64,000 nt of DNA from Raillietiella orientalis. Taxonomy: Eukaryota. The first letter of the stretch is position 1; each line of letters opens with the position of its first letter. The notes under the pieces were generated by a model, which saw only the letters and a program-made list of their open reading frames with translations, was not told the DNA's origin and ran no database searches. Position numbers and translations under genes: made by a program. This document shows positions 28,569 to 40,881 of this stretch, in pieces. The DNA lies in the NCBI GenBank assembly GCA_036172245.1, contig JAYWIR010000002.1, positions 1,116,001-1,180,000 on the forward strand, read 5' to 3'.

Positions 28569-31500
28569 TATGGGGCACCTCCCATCACTTGTTGCTTTTC
28601 AAGAGAACTTTGGAGAGTATGACCGTGGTGTCCTTGTCTGTTCGCCTCAGAAGGAATCGAATCTTCTCTTGATGAGATTGGCTCACTCGCCTAACCACGG
28701 ATGGCATCTAATGGAGAACAGAGGATCGTTGTTTGGTAATCGGATTGATCTGCTTAGCTTCTCTTCTGGCTTTCGATTTTTTTCGGTTGCGTCCCAGCGA
28801 GTGGAGCCGCGGTTCACCTCCAGCGAAAAATCTGTTCCCCCTTTTTCGGACTGCCGTTTCCGGTATTCCCTCCGGAGAGCCGCTCGCTAGTGTTTGTGGC
28901 AGATTTGTGGTAGTGCTGGTTACCAGTTTCCTCCTCCACGTTGCTAGGGTGAAAATTCCGTGGAAGCAAATGGGCGAGGAAAGCAGAAGGCGGTGACAAG
29001 AGTGTCGGCTCCATTTTCTGAGTGCCCTACTGTGGTCACTCCTTCCTTTCCTGAGCTCTCTGAAGTGCGCCGTCCTTCCGGCAGAGCACCAGCTGAGAAG
29101 TTGGTAAGGTGACTGGGATTTTCGTTCTTCCCCCATTCTGACTTCTACTACTCCTTCTCCCTCCCCTACCCCTACCCCTCTTCTTGTCATCTCTTGATTC
29201 CCATTCCTCGACGCCATTTCAAGAGGACTCTTTCCTCCACGAAACTGCTTCCTTCATCTGCTGCTCCAAATTCATCAGCCTCTCAGCGAAAGCCGTCCCT
29301 GAGACCGCGTCGAACGGTGCACGCGCAGAACCGGAAGCGAATTCGCCCTCCTCCTCCATGCAGCCTTCTCGTTCCACCGGGAGGCAAAACAAGCGAAAGG
29401 GGGCCGCTTGGCTGTTACGTCCGAGAACAAAGAAAGCACAACCGGTAGTGGAGGTGGTGGTCATGACAGCAGCGGTTGCGTTTTCTGCGGATTCAAGGAA
29501 CCCACGGAGCAGCAGCCGCGCTCCTGAGGTCAGCAGATGATGCGCCGCATCCCTCCCGACCCATCGCTCAGCAGTCCCTGTATCCCCGGCCACTCTACCC
29601 TTGTCGCCCTCGCGAAGCGACGGGGGATCTGCGGGAAGGAGGCGCTGACGCCCGCTCGTCGGAAGAAGCGAGCGGTACCGGGAGCTGAAGTGGCAGTCAC
29701 CTCGTCCGGCTGGACTTCGATACCCGCCGAAACGCCGAGATGATAGGCCCGTCAAAGATCCACACTAAGGTGTGGCTTGTTTATTTTTTATCATTATCGT
29801 TATTATTTCACTTTTTTCCTTCTTTTACGCTCACAATAAATAACTGTCCCGAAGAAAGGAAGTAGTGCCCCGGGATAGGACGGCGAGCTACAACCGCGCA
29901 TCGATCCGCACGCCTTGCGGAAGCACGAAACGCAAAGGGTTCGCCCCAGGCTGTCTAGGCAAGGGCGTGGGGCAGCGCGGATCCGGCGGAAGGCACCGCA
30001 GCGCACCTTCGTTAGCGCTGGACGCCAGTGGTGATAGGGATTTCGTGATAGACCGACGGCGGTCAGGAAAGGCAGGACCCGGGCGTGCGGAACAACTGTT
30101 GCCTCGGGCGCGGGAGTGCGATGCGCGCACGTGTTTCACCCCTCCCCCTCCGCTCCCCCCTGGCATCCGGCAGGAGCGAAAGGAGGAAAGTGTCGACGTC
30201 CTCGCATGCTGATCCAGAGGGATCTCGAGGCGGGACGAGCGCGTTTCGAGTCCCTGCCCGGAAAGCAGCGCGGCTGCGGAAGAGAAACTTTTTCCCTTTT
30301 TGCACCATGGGCGGCCTGCCGCTCGGTTCACGGAACATCCTCCGGTCTTTATTGGCGCAGCAGTTTCGAAGCGGAAGACATCGGCCTCAGCAGACCGTGA
30401 ATCCTGTTCCAACGCGGGCACGTTTGGAAGGCCTGCTGGTTTGTCTTCGGAAGGACCTCGTCTTGTACAAAGGGCATGCCGGGAGAGCAGGTTGCGTGAC
30501 CTTTTTGCTAGGAGTAACAATGACCTTTTTGTTTTCTTGCGTTCGAAGTACTCGTGTAAAGAGTGGTCGAGCTGAAAATCTCACTCCGCGGGAAGCTGCA
30601 GCCCAAGCTATATGGAAGCACAGATGCATGGCATCTGCCAGTCTTTTTGATTTTTGGTGTGTATCCTGAAGGAAGCAACCGGGAGCTAACCTGTTCTTTG
30701 ACGCTCTTCGTTGTCTGGCATCCCCCCCTACTGCGTTTCGGAATTCCGAAAACCGGTCCGAAGAGCAGTCGGTTCCTGGAGAAATCGGAATCTCACGCCA
30801 TTTTTTGCACGATCTCTTCGAAGACTTTCGTGCGATCGTTCCCTCTACTCAATAACAGAGTCGTGTACAGTTGTACACAAGTTTGCACCCTCTTCGGACC
30901 CTCCTGCTTTTACCGAGCTTTCGTTTCGGTTACCTTCCAGCTCTGGGGAGGAAGGGGAGGGGGGGATTCGCTGAAGTTGCTGAAGTTGTCATTCATCTCA
31001 CGGCTAACCCGCAGCAACCCTTGCCGGGCAGTCAGGTGAAATTCGAGACGCTCTTTTAAAGTGTCCTACTGATTCCTCGAGCTCGTATGCCCGAGAAGAT
31101 CGTTTCTGTCTTCCCTTTGTCTGCTTGCTCTTCAATTTGGAACCACCCATCGGAAAGAGATGCTGTTTGTGACTCCATAGAAGCCTGCGAGTTGCAGATG
31201 GAAACCTTCGATTGCACTCAGTTCAATTACCCGTGATTTCTTTTGTCCGAGAAAATCGTTTTGCTTTGCCTCGTTGATTCATCGTGTTCTGTGTGTTTAC
31301 AGAAACCCGTGATTCCTTTCAGATTAATAAAACACACACACATACACACACACACACTCCTGCACATAGCTTTTACTGCGATGGCAGTAAACTCCATCTT
31401 TGCTTTGAAATGAGATTCGCAATGTCTTCATTTGGGATCAGCTAATGCATTTTAAAATTGCTCACTGGATTGCATGCTGCATCGCTAGGGAGAGGGTTTG

Positions 31501-33839
31501 TTTTCGTGATAAATTCAATTCAATCCAAGTATCGTGGAACGCAGAGGAAATTCGGGAATTTTCCGCAAACCGTGCTTATTAAGCCAAAGGTATTTACGTC
31601 ACTGATGTCTAATTGGGTTTGTGCCTCTTTGTTCGAAAAGAAGCCAGGCTAATAAATTCTGGTTTCCATAGAGTTTTGATATTATGTTCCAGATTAAAGA
31701 CACCGCCTCTCGCTTAATCCCGGCGATTCGTATGCAAACGCGTTTCCATCACACGATGTTAAAAAGATACTACGGCAGAGACGTTTTGCCTGGCATAGTA
31801 AACTGCATCTTCATCTTATTTGTTTGAATCCAGTAAATACGTTTAGGTCGACGGCACCTCCTTTGAAAAATACCTGTTAGCACTAACGAACTCTTGCTTT
31901 GCATCCTTCCCCGGCAACGGTGATGTTCAGAATAAAAAGCGCGCGTGCTGCTGACAAACCGAGCCCTGTAAATGAAGGAGGCGTGTGCAAAACAGCCGCG
32001 CGATTCGCAATGGCGTAATTACTTTGAATGGATCGTAAAAATTAATTTTAAATTCAGTTATTGGTTCGTTGCTCCGAGACCGTTCCACGGATCGCACGTA
32101 CGGAAACGGTCGCAATCAACTTTCAACAACGGTCCATTTCATGATGCTTTGCTCGAAAACACCCATTTCCACCCAACCCCCCTCCTACTAAGAAGCAACG
32201 GGTTATCTGGTATTATCGATTACAGCCTCGAGATGGTTACAGCCCACTGCTCCGGAAAAAAAACAAAGGAACTTAATTGGCAGTGATAGGGCTTCCCTGT
32301 TTTTCGAGAGGATGGTTGCCCTCAGAATCCTTTCCCTGGTGTCTCCTGCATCTTGCCCTGCTCTTGTGCTCTTGAAGTCTGTCGAACCCTTCGTTTCTGC
32401 ACGGGGTTCCGAGACAAGTGGCGCATGGCCTTAACCGACCTTTCCAGCCGAGTAGGCGAGGAATCGCTGCCTCTTAAGCCGCCATGCCACCTAATGACAT
32501 CGCGTGTCCGAAACTGGGGCACTGGGACTCTTGCTTTGATTTTCGGGAACGCTTCCCTGGAAAATATCCCTGACCCATCCTTCCGCCCATCTCTTCCAGA
32601 TCGGCAAAAGTACTCGTGCCACTTTTACGCGAAAGAAAACCAATGCATGCGAGCGGGTCCACAGGCCACCGACTAAAGGACGGACTCTCTCAGCCAAGTG
32701 TTTTCGTCGAGAGGTCTGATGTGCCGCAAGCCGGTGCCAGTGGGCCACAAGCTGAGGCATTGGAATGAAGGAAGCAACTCGTTTTCTCAAAAAAAGGAGC
32801 GCCACGTAGCAAAAGACAAGGCAGGTCGATTCTTCTTTTCCACGGATGGCACCAAAGACCTCTTTGATTCTATGGGTATTCCAAACCGAGAGGCACCCTC
32901 CCCCTCCTTCTTCCAGTTTCCCGTTATTTTGCTACGGAAAGTCGAGGAGGACACATTGAGGAAGCTGTCTACGAAGGCTCTGACCGGAAACCAGGGCATC
33001 TCCCTCAGTCACTAACATGGCTCCCGATTTCCTCCCAGGAAAAGTTCCTTCCCCTTCGTCTGTTTCCTACGGTGGAGAGGCGGTCCTTCAAACCGGTCGA
33101 GATTTCGTCGACGGCGCTGAAGTAACACAGAATCGAGAGCTCAGGGAGGATGTCCCCAGGAATTGCAATGATTCCCGGATGGTTCAGATAAAGCCTGACT
33201 GTGGAGTCCTAGCATCTCAGGAACATTTTGCTCACCACTCGAGCCCCGGTTCTCCTGTGGCTGCAGAACCTCCGAGCTGTTAAAGACAATCGCCCGCAAC
33301 ACGGAATTGCTGTAAGGATGCTGTTTGTCGTGCTTTCGAGATTTCCAGGACACGAGGAAAACTTCAGGGAGCTAACTGGATCCTGGGTCTCAAGGAAACA
33401 ATGAGGGAAGTTGGGGAATTTCGGGAGGAGATGTGTTTGAGAATAGCAAAGGGGCTGGCGAAGGGTCAGCAACAGCCTCAAAGCTGGAAGAGTTTCCTGC
33501 TTAGCTGAGGGTGCTCCTTTTCCCAGTGGAAGGCCTTCAGGATGAATCTCTGACTGTTCCACCCCCACTAGCAGCGAGTGATCACTCCGATGAGTGAACG
33601 AGAGAAGGTTGGCATCTTGCCCCGTCAAAGGGACTCCGAAAACACAGCGAATGGGGTCTGACCACGCAATGAGTAGTGGAACTCTCTTTGTGGGAGTTCC
33701 GTTGAGTAAGTAGTGGACGTCCCCTCCCTGGAAGAAAAAAAAAAAAGTTGTCAACAGAAAACCATTTGACCTTGCCAGATTTTTCAACCTTATTGCGACT
33801 TTTACATGCGACTGCAAATTTTAAATCTACATCAGCAAT

Positions 33840-33954
33840 CGTCTAATTCTATTTACTCTCGTATAAAGCAATCCTGCATCTGAATCCCAAGGAATCGCAC
33901 CCAGGAACTTGGAAGAAATCAGCGATTTCTTCTGCAGATGCAACTGCTGAGACG
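33840..33954 (+). repeat. Diverged ~110-bp direct repeat, copy 1 (copy 2 at 34797-34904)
   Basis: ATTTACTCTCGTATAAAGCAATCCTGCATCTGAATCCCAAGGAATCGCAC... versus ATTTACTCTCGCATAAAGCAATCCAATATCTGAATCCCAAGGAATCGCAT... Confidence 0.85.
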
Positions 33955-34796
33955 CAACTGCTTCTCTACATGCAGGTGGAAACCACAGCAAGCAAGAACC
34001 AGGCATTACCAAAAAAGTATGAAGGAGCTGAGGTGCTCTGACCTCAAAGTTCCACAGTGAAGTATTATCGAACAAGTTGGCGTCATCAACGGAACAGCAA
34101 GTTGGCAACGCACTGCAGGAGAGTTGAGGAACTAACTCTCTTGGCAACAGCACACGCCACGTTGGCTAAAGGTAGTGAGTGACCTTTAGCCAAGAGAATA
34201 TCGTTTTGAGATGAGACGGGTAAGTCCTTTCACGGCTTTATCTCCGCAGTCCGAACTTTCATCCATGCGTTCGGAGCCTGGGTTTCCACCGCACCCAACT
34301 GTGTCTGTCAGAGCCAGAAGCGCGTGACCTTCTGATATTTCCACTACCCAATTCTATTCTCGGTTGTTCGGAGAGTGTCTCATTTAGCTTCTCAGACGTC
34401 TCTGCTATCTTTTGTATCTAACGACTCCATCCCCTTGCTGAGCTGGTCGGCTGGGCTCTCCGGCTCTTGCAGTGCTTCATCCGTGGTATCCCAGTATTCC
34501 ATAGAACCGATGCGGACCGTGAGACTCCTGGGTCATGGAATGGAGTGAAAAGCGGGTGATTCCAGTTGTTTCTCCCTTTTCGTTGGCGTACCTTCCTGAA
34601 AGGCTGCCGGCGACCTTCGAATGGACAACACGCGTCGAGGTTTCCTTCTTTCAGGACGAGATCACAACGACGACCGGAACCTGGATGCCCTTTGATTGAG
34701 ATCCAGGATTGCCCATCATCCGTACGATCTCTTCTTGATGCCTTCGGTCCTATTTACTGGCATAGAGTTAAAGGTATCATGCTCGATGATTCATTC

Positions 34797-34904
34797 GTCT
34801 CATTCCATTTACTCTCGCATAAAGCAATCCAATATCTGAATCCCAAGGAATCGCATCCTGGGACTTTGAAGAAATCGTCTTCTACAGATGGAACTGCTGA
34901 CACG
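34797..34904 (+). repeat. Diverged ~110-bp direct repeat, copy 2
   Basis: Matches 33840-33954, ending CAGATGGAACTGCTGACACG versus CAGATGCAACTGCTGAGACG. Confidence 0.85.
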
Positions 34905-35998
34905 TTCACGTTCTTCTCTGAAGTAAATGCGGCAGCGCTTCGTCCCATTCGTGTACCAATGGCAAGACGACCCGTATCTGACTAGGGTAGATAGGAGATC
35001 AGGGAGTGCAGCATAAATGGCTGAATAATCTCTCTCAGCCGTAAATAATCCCCGCTGGAAAAGAGGTGGCTGGAAGCCAAACGCAGCCCGTGTCCTTTCA
35101 TCCACTCTCCGGCAGCACAAGAAACATAATGTCAGATGCCTTGGAAGCCTTGGGGGGAGACTCTTAGAGTGTTGACAGTTCCACAATGGTCGCAAAGACA
35201 GGGGATACACATGCTGCGGGCATTTCATCTACAGAACCTTTCGAAATGGATAATTTACGGCTGTTCCGATATAAATGGGAAGATTGGAGAATTGCAACTG
35301 ACGTCGCGAGGACAGCGCGCAAACAATGCAACTCTTGCTACGGCTGCTACGCAACGAATTTCAGAGATGTACGGTTATTTCAGATTCTGTGGTTCAGATG
35401 AGCCTCCTGATCAGTGATATACGGGTTCCTGCAAATCCGATTGAGCCAGTTTCAGGTGTTCTGGACGGAGGAACGACTTATCCGCGCGTGTTGCTGGCAA
35501 GGACCAAACCGACTGCATGCCGGCCTAGAGAAAAACTTTTTTGTGTATCTCCCTCATCCAGGCGCCGTTATCATGGAATTCTTTCACGCGTTCTCGTGTC
35601 TTAAGGTGGATGAAACAGTGTGGAGTGCTCTTCAAACACAAGGAAATGCTGGTTCTTGCAAGGTTCCCGGGATGTTCCAAACCTGGCGTGCCAGAATTGG
35701 GTCCACAGTGTACGAAGAGAGGCAAGCTAAGAACCTGTCTCTCCTCGCATTTTCCGAAACAAGGATCCAAAACTGAAAGCAAAAACGGAACCCTGCCGAT
35801 GTGTAAAGATCGAGCACCAATCTGGCATGTTGAAACCTGCAAACCAGAATTCTCGGAGTCTGTCTGTTCTGTCTGAACGTTTGTCTTGTCTCGAGGACTC
35901 GCAACCGCCTCCTCGGTCGTTTGGAACTCCAGCTTTGGTTCCCTAGAAAAACAGGGGCTTGTTAGTCTGCTGATCTCCTTTCTTACCCTCGTTCTCAG

Positions 35999-36035
35999 CA
36001 CCATCGATCCTCAGTTCACCTGAGGATCGATGGTG
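35999..36035. repeat. Perfect 16-bp stem hairpin with 5-nt loop
   Basis: CACCATCGATCCTCAG-TTCAC-CTGAGGATCGATGGTG. Confidence 0.95.
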
Positions 36036-37652
36036 GACTCTGGATCGAAGCCCTGCCCACCTAAGATGACGAACCAGCAGTCTATTAGTGTGCCTCCGAC
36101 AGCTTCTTAGGATCATCCTACAGGAATATGATAGATTTTTCAGATGAGAAGGTTTGATGAGGAAAAGAAGCTAAAGGACGAAAGTATTATCCCTCCGACA
36201 GAAGAGAGGCAACTCCACATAAACAAAAGAACTTTGCCCTTATCTCACGAGCGTGAGGCATCAGCTCATGCATATCGGACGTTTGTTTTCACTAAGTGTC
36301 AAGCCAAATGCAATTAAAAGGAAATTAAAATTATCGCATTCAGCCCTCAATGAAAGAGCGAAGGAGTTTCTTAGAGGAATCCTCTCCTTCGAGATGGAGG
36401 TCATGACTAAAGTGAGCTCATAGGAAGATGACTCCATCAACTTCATTTTTCATCCAAACTGCAACACTTCACTTGCTGGTTCACTGATAAATAAGATCCT
36501 ATCGAAAATTTAATGCATAGTTTTTGGTGCTTTGATTCTTTAAAGAAATTCTAGCATCCTCATCTCATCTCCCTCTCACCCCGGATCCAGCTGTGAAAGT
36601 CTCCGAAGCAACCTTCGAGTCATTATGCATAAGCGTTTCTTCAGCGTGGAGTTAAGATCGAAATCATTATGGGAATTGTCTAAAGTGTAAATGCAAATTT
36701 AAACCTGCTATCTGACGAACTTGCAAAATCTAACTTTTTCTGTTGGTTGATTTTTCCTCTTACTTATTATCTCTCCCCGTCCCTTTTTCTTTTGTTGTTT
36801 ATTCTCATTACCTGATGGTGCTTCTGGCTACTTTTCTATGATTTCATACTACCAGACGAGTGCTTGGAGACTTGAAAACCTCTCACCAGTAATCTTCAAT
36901 CCAAAGTCTACGATCACTTACATCACCACACTATCATGGTAACGCATCTCAACTGCTCGTAGTCTGGGGAAACCTCCACTGAAGCATCCCGGATCGCTAT
37001 AATTACTACGGACGGTTCCTTTTTTGAGAATCACAGCCATTCAAATTTTCCCCACCGAAAGACATTACCACGCAACTTCTCTAATGTTTCAGCTGCTGAA
37101 GCAAACCTTTGCTTGAAAAGTCCTTCCAGAAATTTGGGTATTCCCTATTCAGATATTTTAAACGTCCATTGGAACTTTGTCGTGATCTCTGGGATGCGTC
37201 AGCTTTATTGGTTGGCAGCAAGCATAGAAGACCAGCATTTTTTTACGTGGTGCTGGTTTATTCTTTGTTTCTCCTATGTACTCCTACATTTTTTCTTAAA
37301 AAAAAAGTCTTTTTCAACCGCTTTATAGAATCCATTCACTCCATCTTCGGGTAGTAAAAATTAGGCATCGTTTTAGGATGAGAGTTTACGGATAATCATT
37401 TGGCTTTGAACACTTCCGTTGAACTCAGTCAAATACACAACAGGTTTATGTATAGAATAAAATCGACGGTTGAGGTGTGTACAGTGTTTTGAATTGGTAT
37501 GATCGAATTTTACATATACAACCGGATAGCAATCCTTGACGGACGGAATGATTAATTATTATTACGTGACTTTTCTGGAAAAAACGGTGATTTTACATTC
37601 GCGAGCTAAAACGAATGATTGAATGGATTAGAAATTATGGATTTCATGAAAA

Positions 37653-37948
37653 TGCTACTTTCTCGAGTTAAAAAAGACCGTTCTATAGCGGCTGCATCCT
37701 GGGAAAGCATTAGAATACGTGGAGAAGAGAAATTCTCGAGAATATTGCAACGCTCGTTTTGTGTGTCGATCAGACTTTGTAAGTCCGTAAACGAAAATCA
37801 GATGCTGTACATATACAATCTGTATGTGTTTCATCGAGAGTATCTTTTTCCGGTATCTGCTTTTTCATTTGCTTCGAGCGGAGATGAAAAGCACAGAACC
37901 AGTGTACCACACGAATCGCATGCTCGAGGATGCTGCAAGCTCGATGGG
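37653..37948 (+). repeat. Long inverted repeat, left arm
   Basis: 37653-37916 is identical by eye to the reverse complement of 39856-40119 (264 bp); a further ~30 bp matches with mismatches. ORFs 37619..37972(+) and 39761..40027(-) share the identical peptide QRSFCVSIRL...RTSVPHE. Confidence 0.95.
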
Positions 37949-38432
37949 TTTTTCTTATGCATGAATGAGTAAAAAACTGAAATGAAGATGCAAATGCAAA
38001 CGAAACAGCCTAATGTGGAACTTCGAAACAAAACAAATAAAAACAGTGCTTTTTTAAAAAAAAAAAAAAAAAAAAGTTCTCCGCTATGGGCAGACTAAGC
38101 CTCAGAAGAATGAACCGTTGCATGAGCAAAGATACCTCCGTTTATCAAAGGGAAAACCAAGAACGAAAAGGAATAAAAGTGATTGCATATGGTGCAATGT
38201 GCATAACCATAAGCGGACAAAGAAGTGTTTTGGATTCCCATCAGTGTCCGGAGGATTTTTTCTGATAGTGAGGCGGATTTTTTACCTGGATCTGCTAAAC
38301 TCCTTCTTAGACATCACAGCCGGAACAAACCCAACTTTTCAAACGAGGCGCTATTACAAAAGCAAAACAGTCGCCCCTCCCCGCCTTCTGATGGTTCCTC
38401 AGGCTATAAGGAATCCAAACGATGGTATGCCA

Positions 38433-38459
<27 letters not shown>
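38433..38459 (+). repeat. (TG)n microsatellite
   Basis: About 13 uninterrupted TG units. Confidence 0.95.
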
Positions 38460-38465
<6 letters not shown>

Positions 38466-39256
38466 CATCGTGTACCATTTTTCCCAGCCCAGGGGAGCAC
38501 AGAGCTGGGAAAATTTTTCGGCACTTTTCGGACAGATGCGAACGCGCGACGAACTCCGGTCATTCCTTGCAGTCACCCCGGTCAGTGCTGCTGACCTTAT
38601 TCAAATCACTACTCCAGAAACAAGTACAGGGAACAAGTGAAACAAGTCGCGTTGGGAATGCACTGCTTTTGCAAAATGCCTGTGTCCCGGTGGAAAGGAG
38701 AGTTGGGAACGCTCGTCAAGGCTAAGAGCACCTCGAAAACCAGGCAACGAGATTTTCATGCTCAGGAACACAACGCGTTCGTTGCACTTCTTCGTCGTAA
38801 ACATCATTGAGGGTGCTTTTGGAACCCTAAGATTTTAATCCACGAAACGATCGCGTATCACCAAAAGCAACCACAAAATCTCCCAAAGTCCACTCAAAGG
38901 GGAAAAAAACTCCGACGTTTTCTGGGAAACTAGTCTTGAGATTTTCCTGCCAAATGCATGAACATCTTGAAAATCACGTATGATCATCACTTTGCTAAAA
39001 AGGCTGTTCCTAGCGTGATTCAAAAATCCTTTACCCACTTGAAAATCAAGAGCGGATCATGTAAAGGTCATCCTAAAACCGAGAGAGTTCCTCGAAACAA
39101 CTGTTGAATTACTCGACAAAAGGCCAGACTCCCGTCAAGCCCATACGCTGTTGTTGCCTTGGAGGTTTCCTCAACCAACGAAGAAGACGACTACTGGCAT
39201 TCCATCTGCGCCAGCGCTTGGATACAGAAAAAGAGGAGAGCGCATGCGGAGTCTGC

Positions 39257-39260
39257 AAAA
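39257..39260 (-). terminator. RNA polymerase III terminator (T4) of the tRNA-Tyr gene
   Basis: Minus strand reads TATCGTTTTG directly after the tRNA 3' end. Confidence 0.6.
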
Positions 39261-39265
39261 CGATA

Positions 39266-39356
39266 TCCTTCGAGCCGGATTCGAACCAGCGACCTATGGA
39301 TGCCTGCTTTCGTTTGCAACTACAGTCCACCGCTCTACCAACTGAGCTATCGAAGG
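39266..39356 (-). tRNA. trnY-GUA: tRNA-Tyr (GTA) with an 18-nt intron at 39302-39319
   Basis: Minus strand CCTTCGATAGCTCAGTTGGTAGAGCGGTGGACTGTAG-[TTGCAAACGAAAGCAGGC]-ATCCATAGGTCGCTGGTTCGAATCCGGCTCGAAGGA. Acceptor stem CCTTCGA/TCGAAGG, A and B boxes, GTA anticodon, intron after position 37, 73-nt mature length: a typical animal tRNA-Tyr. Confidence 0.98.
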
Positions 39357-39824
39357 AACGGAAGTCTCCTTCCTTGATTGCTTATATAAAAAATTGTTTT
39401 GAGATGCCGTCACTTTCCACCGCCCAACAGTGGGAAAAAATTGGCATTCTGCTTCGTACTTTTGCTTCCTGATACATTTGTGCATTTCTGTAAATTTCTA
39501 GAAACGCAGAGTTTGAAGATTTTCATAAAAGTTCACATAAAATAAGGTTATCGGCTCAATTAACGATGCGACGAGTAATCGCCCTTTAAAAATCATTAGT
39601 GGATGAAAAAACAGTATATGATAATACAGATTGAGCAAAAAATGTTCATCATTTTCTCTGACTTTCTTTTTATGTTTTCAGAATTTAAAATGGAGACAGA
39701 AGCCATAAATTTTGTTTTCCTAATGATAGCTACACTAAAATGTGGAGCTCATTAAGCACATTAGAAATAGTGTTCAAAACTCTCATGTATTGTAAAGATG
39801 ATGCCATTTAAAAAACACAGAGTT

Positions 39825-40119
39825 CCCATCGCGCTTGCAGCATCCTGGTCATGCAATTCGTGTGGTACACTGGTTCTGTGCTTTTCATCTCCGCTCGAAG
39901 CAAATGAAAAAGCAGATACCGGAAAAAGATACTCTCGATGAAACACATACAGATTGTATATGTACAGCATCTGATTTTCGTTTACGGACTTACAAAGTCT
40001 GATCGACACACAAAACGAGCGTTGCAATATTCTCGAGAATTTCTCTTCTCCACGTATTCTAATGCTTTCCCAGGATGCAGCCGCTATAGAACGGTCTTTT
40101 TTAACTCGAGAAAGTAGCA
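39825..40119 (-). repeat. Long inverted repeat, right arm
   Basis: Reverse complement of 37653-37948. Confidence 0.95.
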
Positions 40120-40881
40120 GTTTTGCATCAGTGCACGGTAAAAAAAAGGGAGGGGGGCTCGGAAGTACCGCAAGTAGAACGCACAGTTAGCAAACTGATT
40201 AACGTTGAATTGAATCATAACTCTTCTAAATATCATGAGCGGCTCATCTGGATGTGAATGTAGTAATTGATATAGATTTGCTTTTTGTTTTACATGTGAT
40301 TCACACGGATTTGTGTCCATCGAGGCTCCCAACCTGACGGTTGGCGAAGAACACCTCTTGAATCTGGGACACAAATTTCTCGACTTTACAGTTAGCCATG
40401 CAGGTTGGGTTGATTACAGTTAGGAAAGAATTAACTTTGCAAAGTTTGGCATGTTTTGCTTAAATCTTTCCTAGTGTTTGCTGGAGAGACTGTTTGGTTA
40501 TTTGATTCTCAGCTCTGAAGCGGAGTAGATAGAGCAGGAGTCCATGGATTAAGCAGCATTGCTATTGCTTGTCTGTGTTTTTGTATAGATTGATTTCAAC
40601 TGTTTATAAACAGTGCAGCAATGTCCACATTTTATTTTCATCATGCATCATCGAATCGTTTATATATTTGAAATCTTCGAATATCCCATGGTCTTTTCCC
40701 TGGCTAAAGTCGTTATTTAGTCCTAGTGATCCACCTTAGCCCACGGGCCAGTTAGCTGCTTTCCTTTTTTAGACGAACCTCATTCTAAACGACTAACGGT
40801 AATGCTACTCTGACTCATTTCTGTTGCAGATATCTCGTGAGGACTGCACTAGCCAAAAATCTTTTAGTGCTAAGAACTAAG

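Larger units (their letters stand above)
1..36100. other. GC/CpG-rich domain with no recognisable coding sequence (probable large intron or regulatory landscape)
   Basis: Visibly higher GC and CpG than 40-61 kb, with many GGA/CCT tracts. ORFs overlap in all six frames, are rich in R/S/P/G and show no domain I recognise. Right boundary is approximate. Small exons could have been missed. Confidence 0.55.

Noticed and set aside
37619-37972. ORF duplicated at 39761..40027 as a possible gene pair
   Set aside because: Identity simply reflects the DNA inverted repeat; the frames differ outside it and have no protein features.
38720-38810. AGAGCACCTCGAAAACCA resembling part of U3 snoRNA, and a minus-strand ATGATG...CTGA pair
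   Set aside because: The rest of U3 is absent, and the C/D-like pair is too short with no convincing terminal stem.
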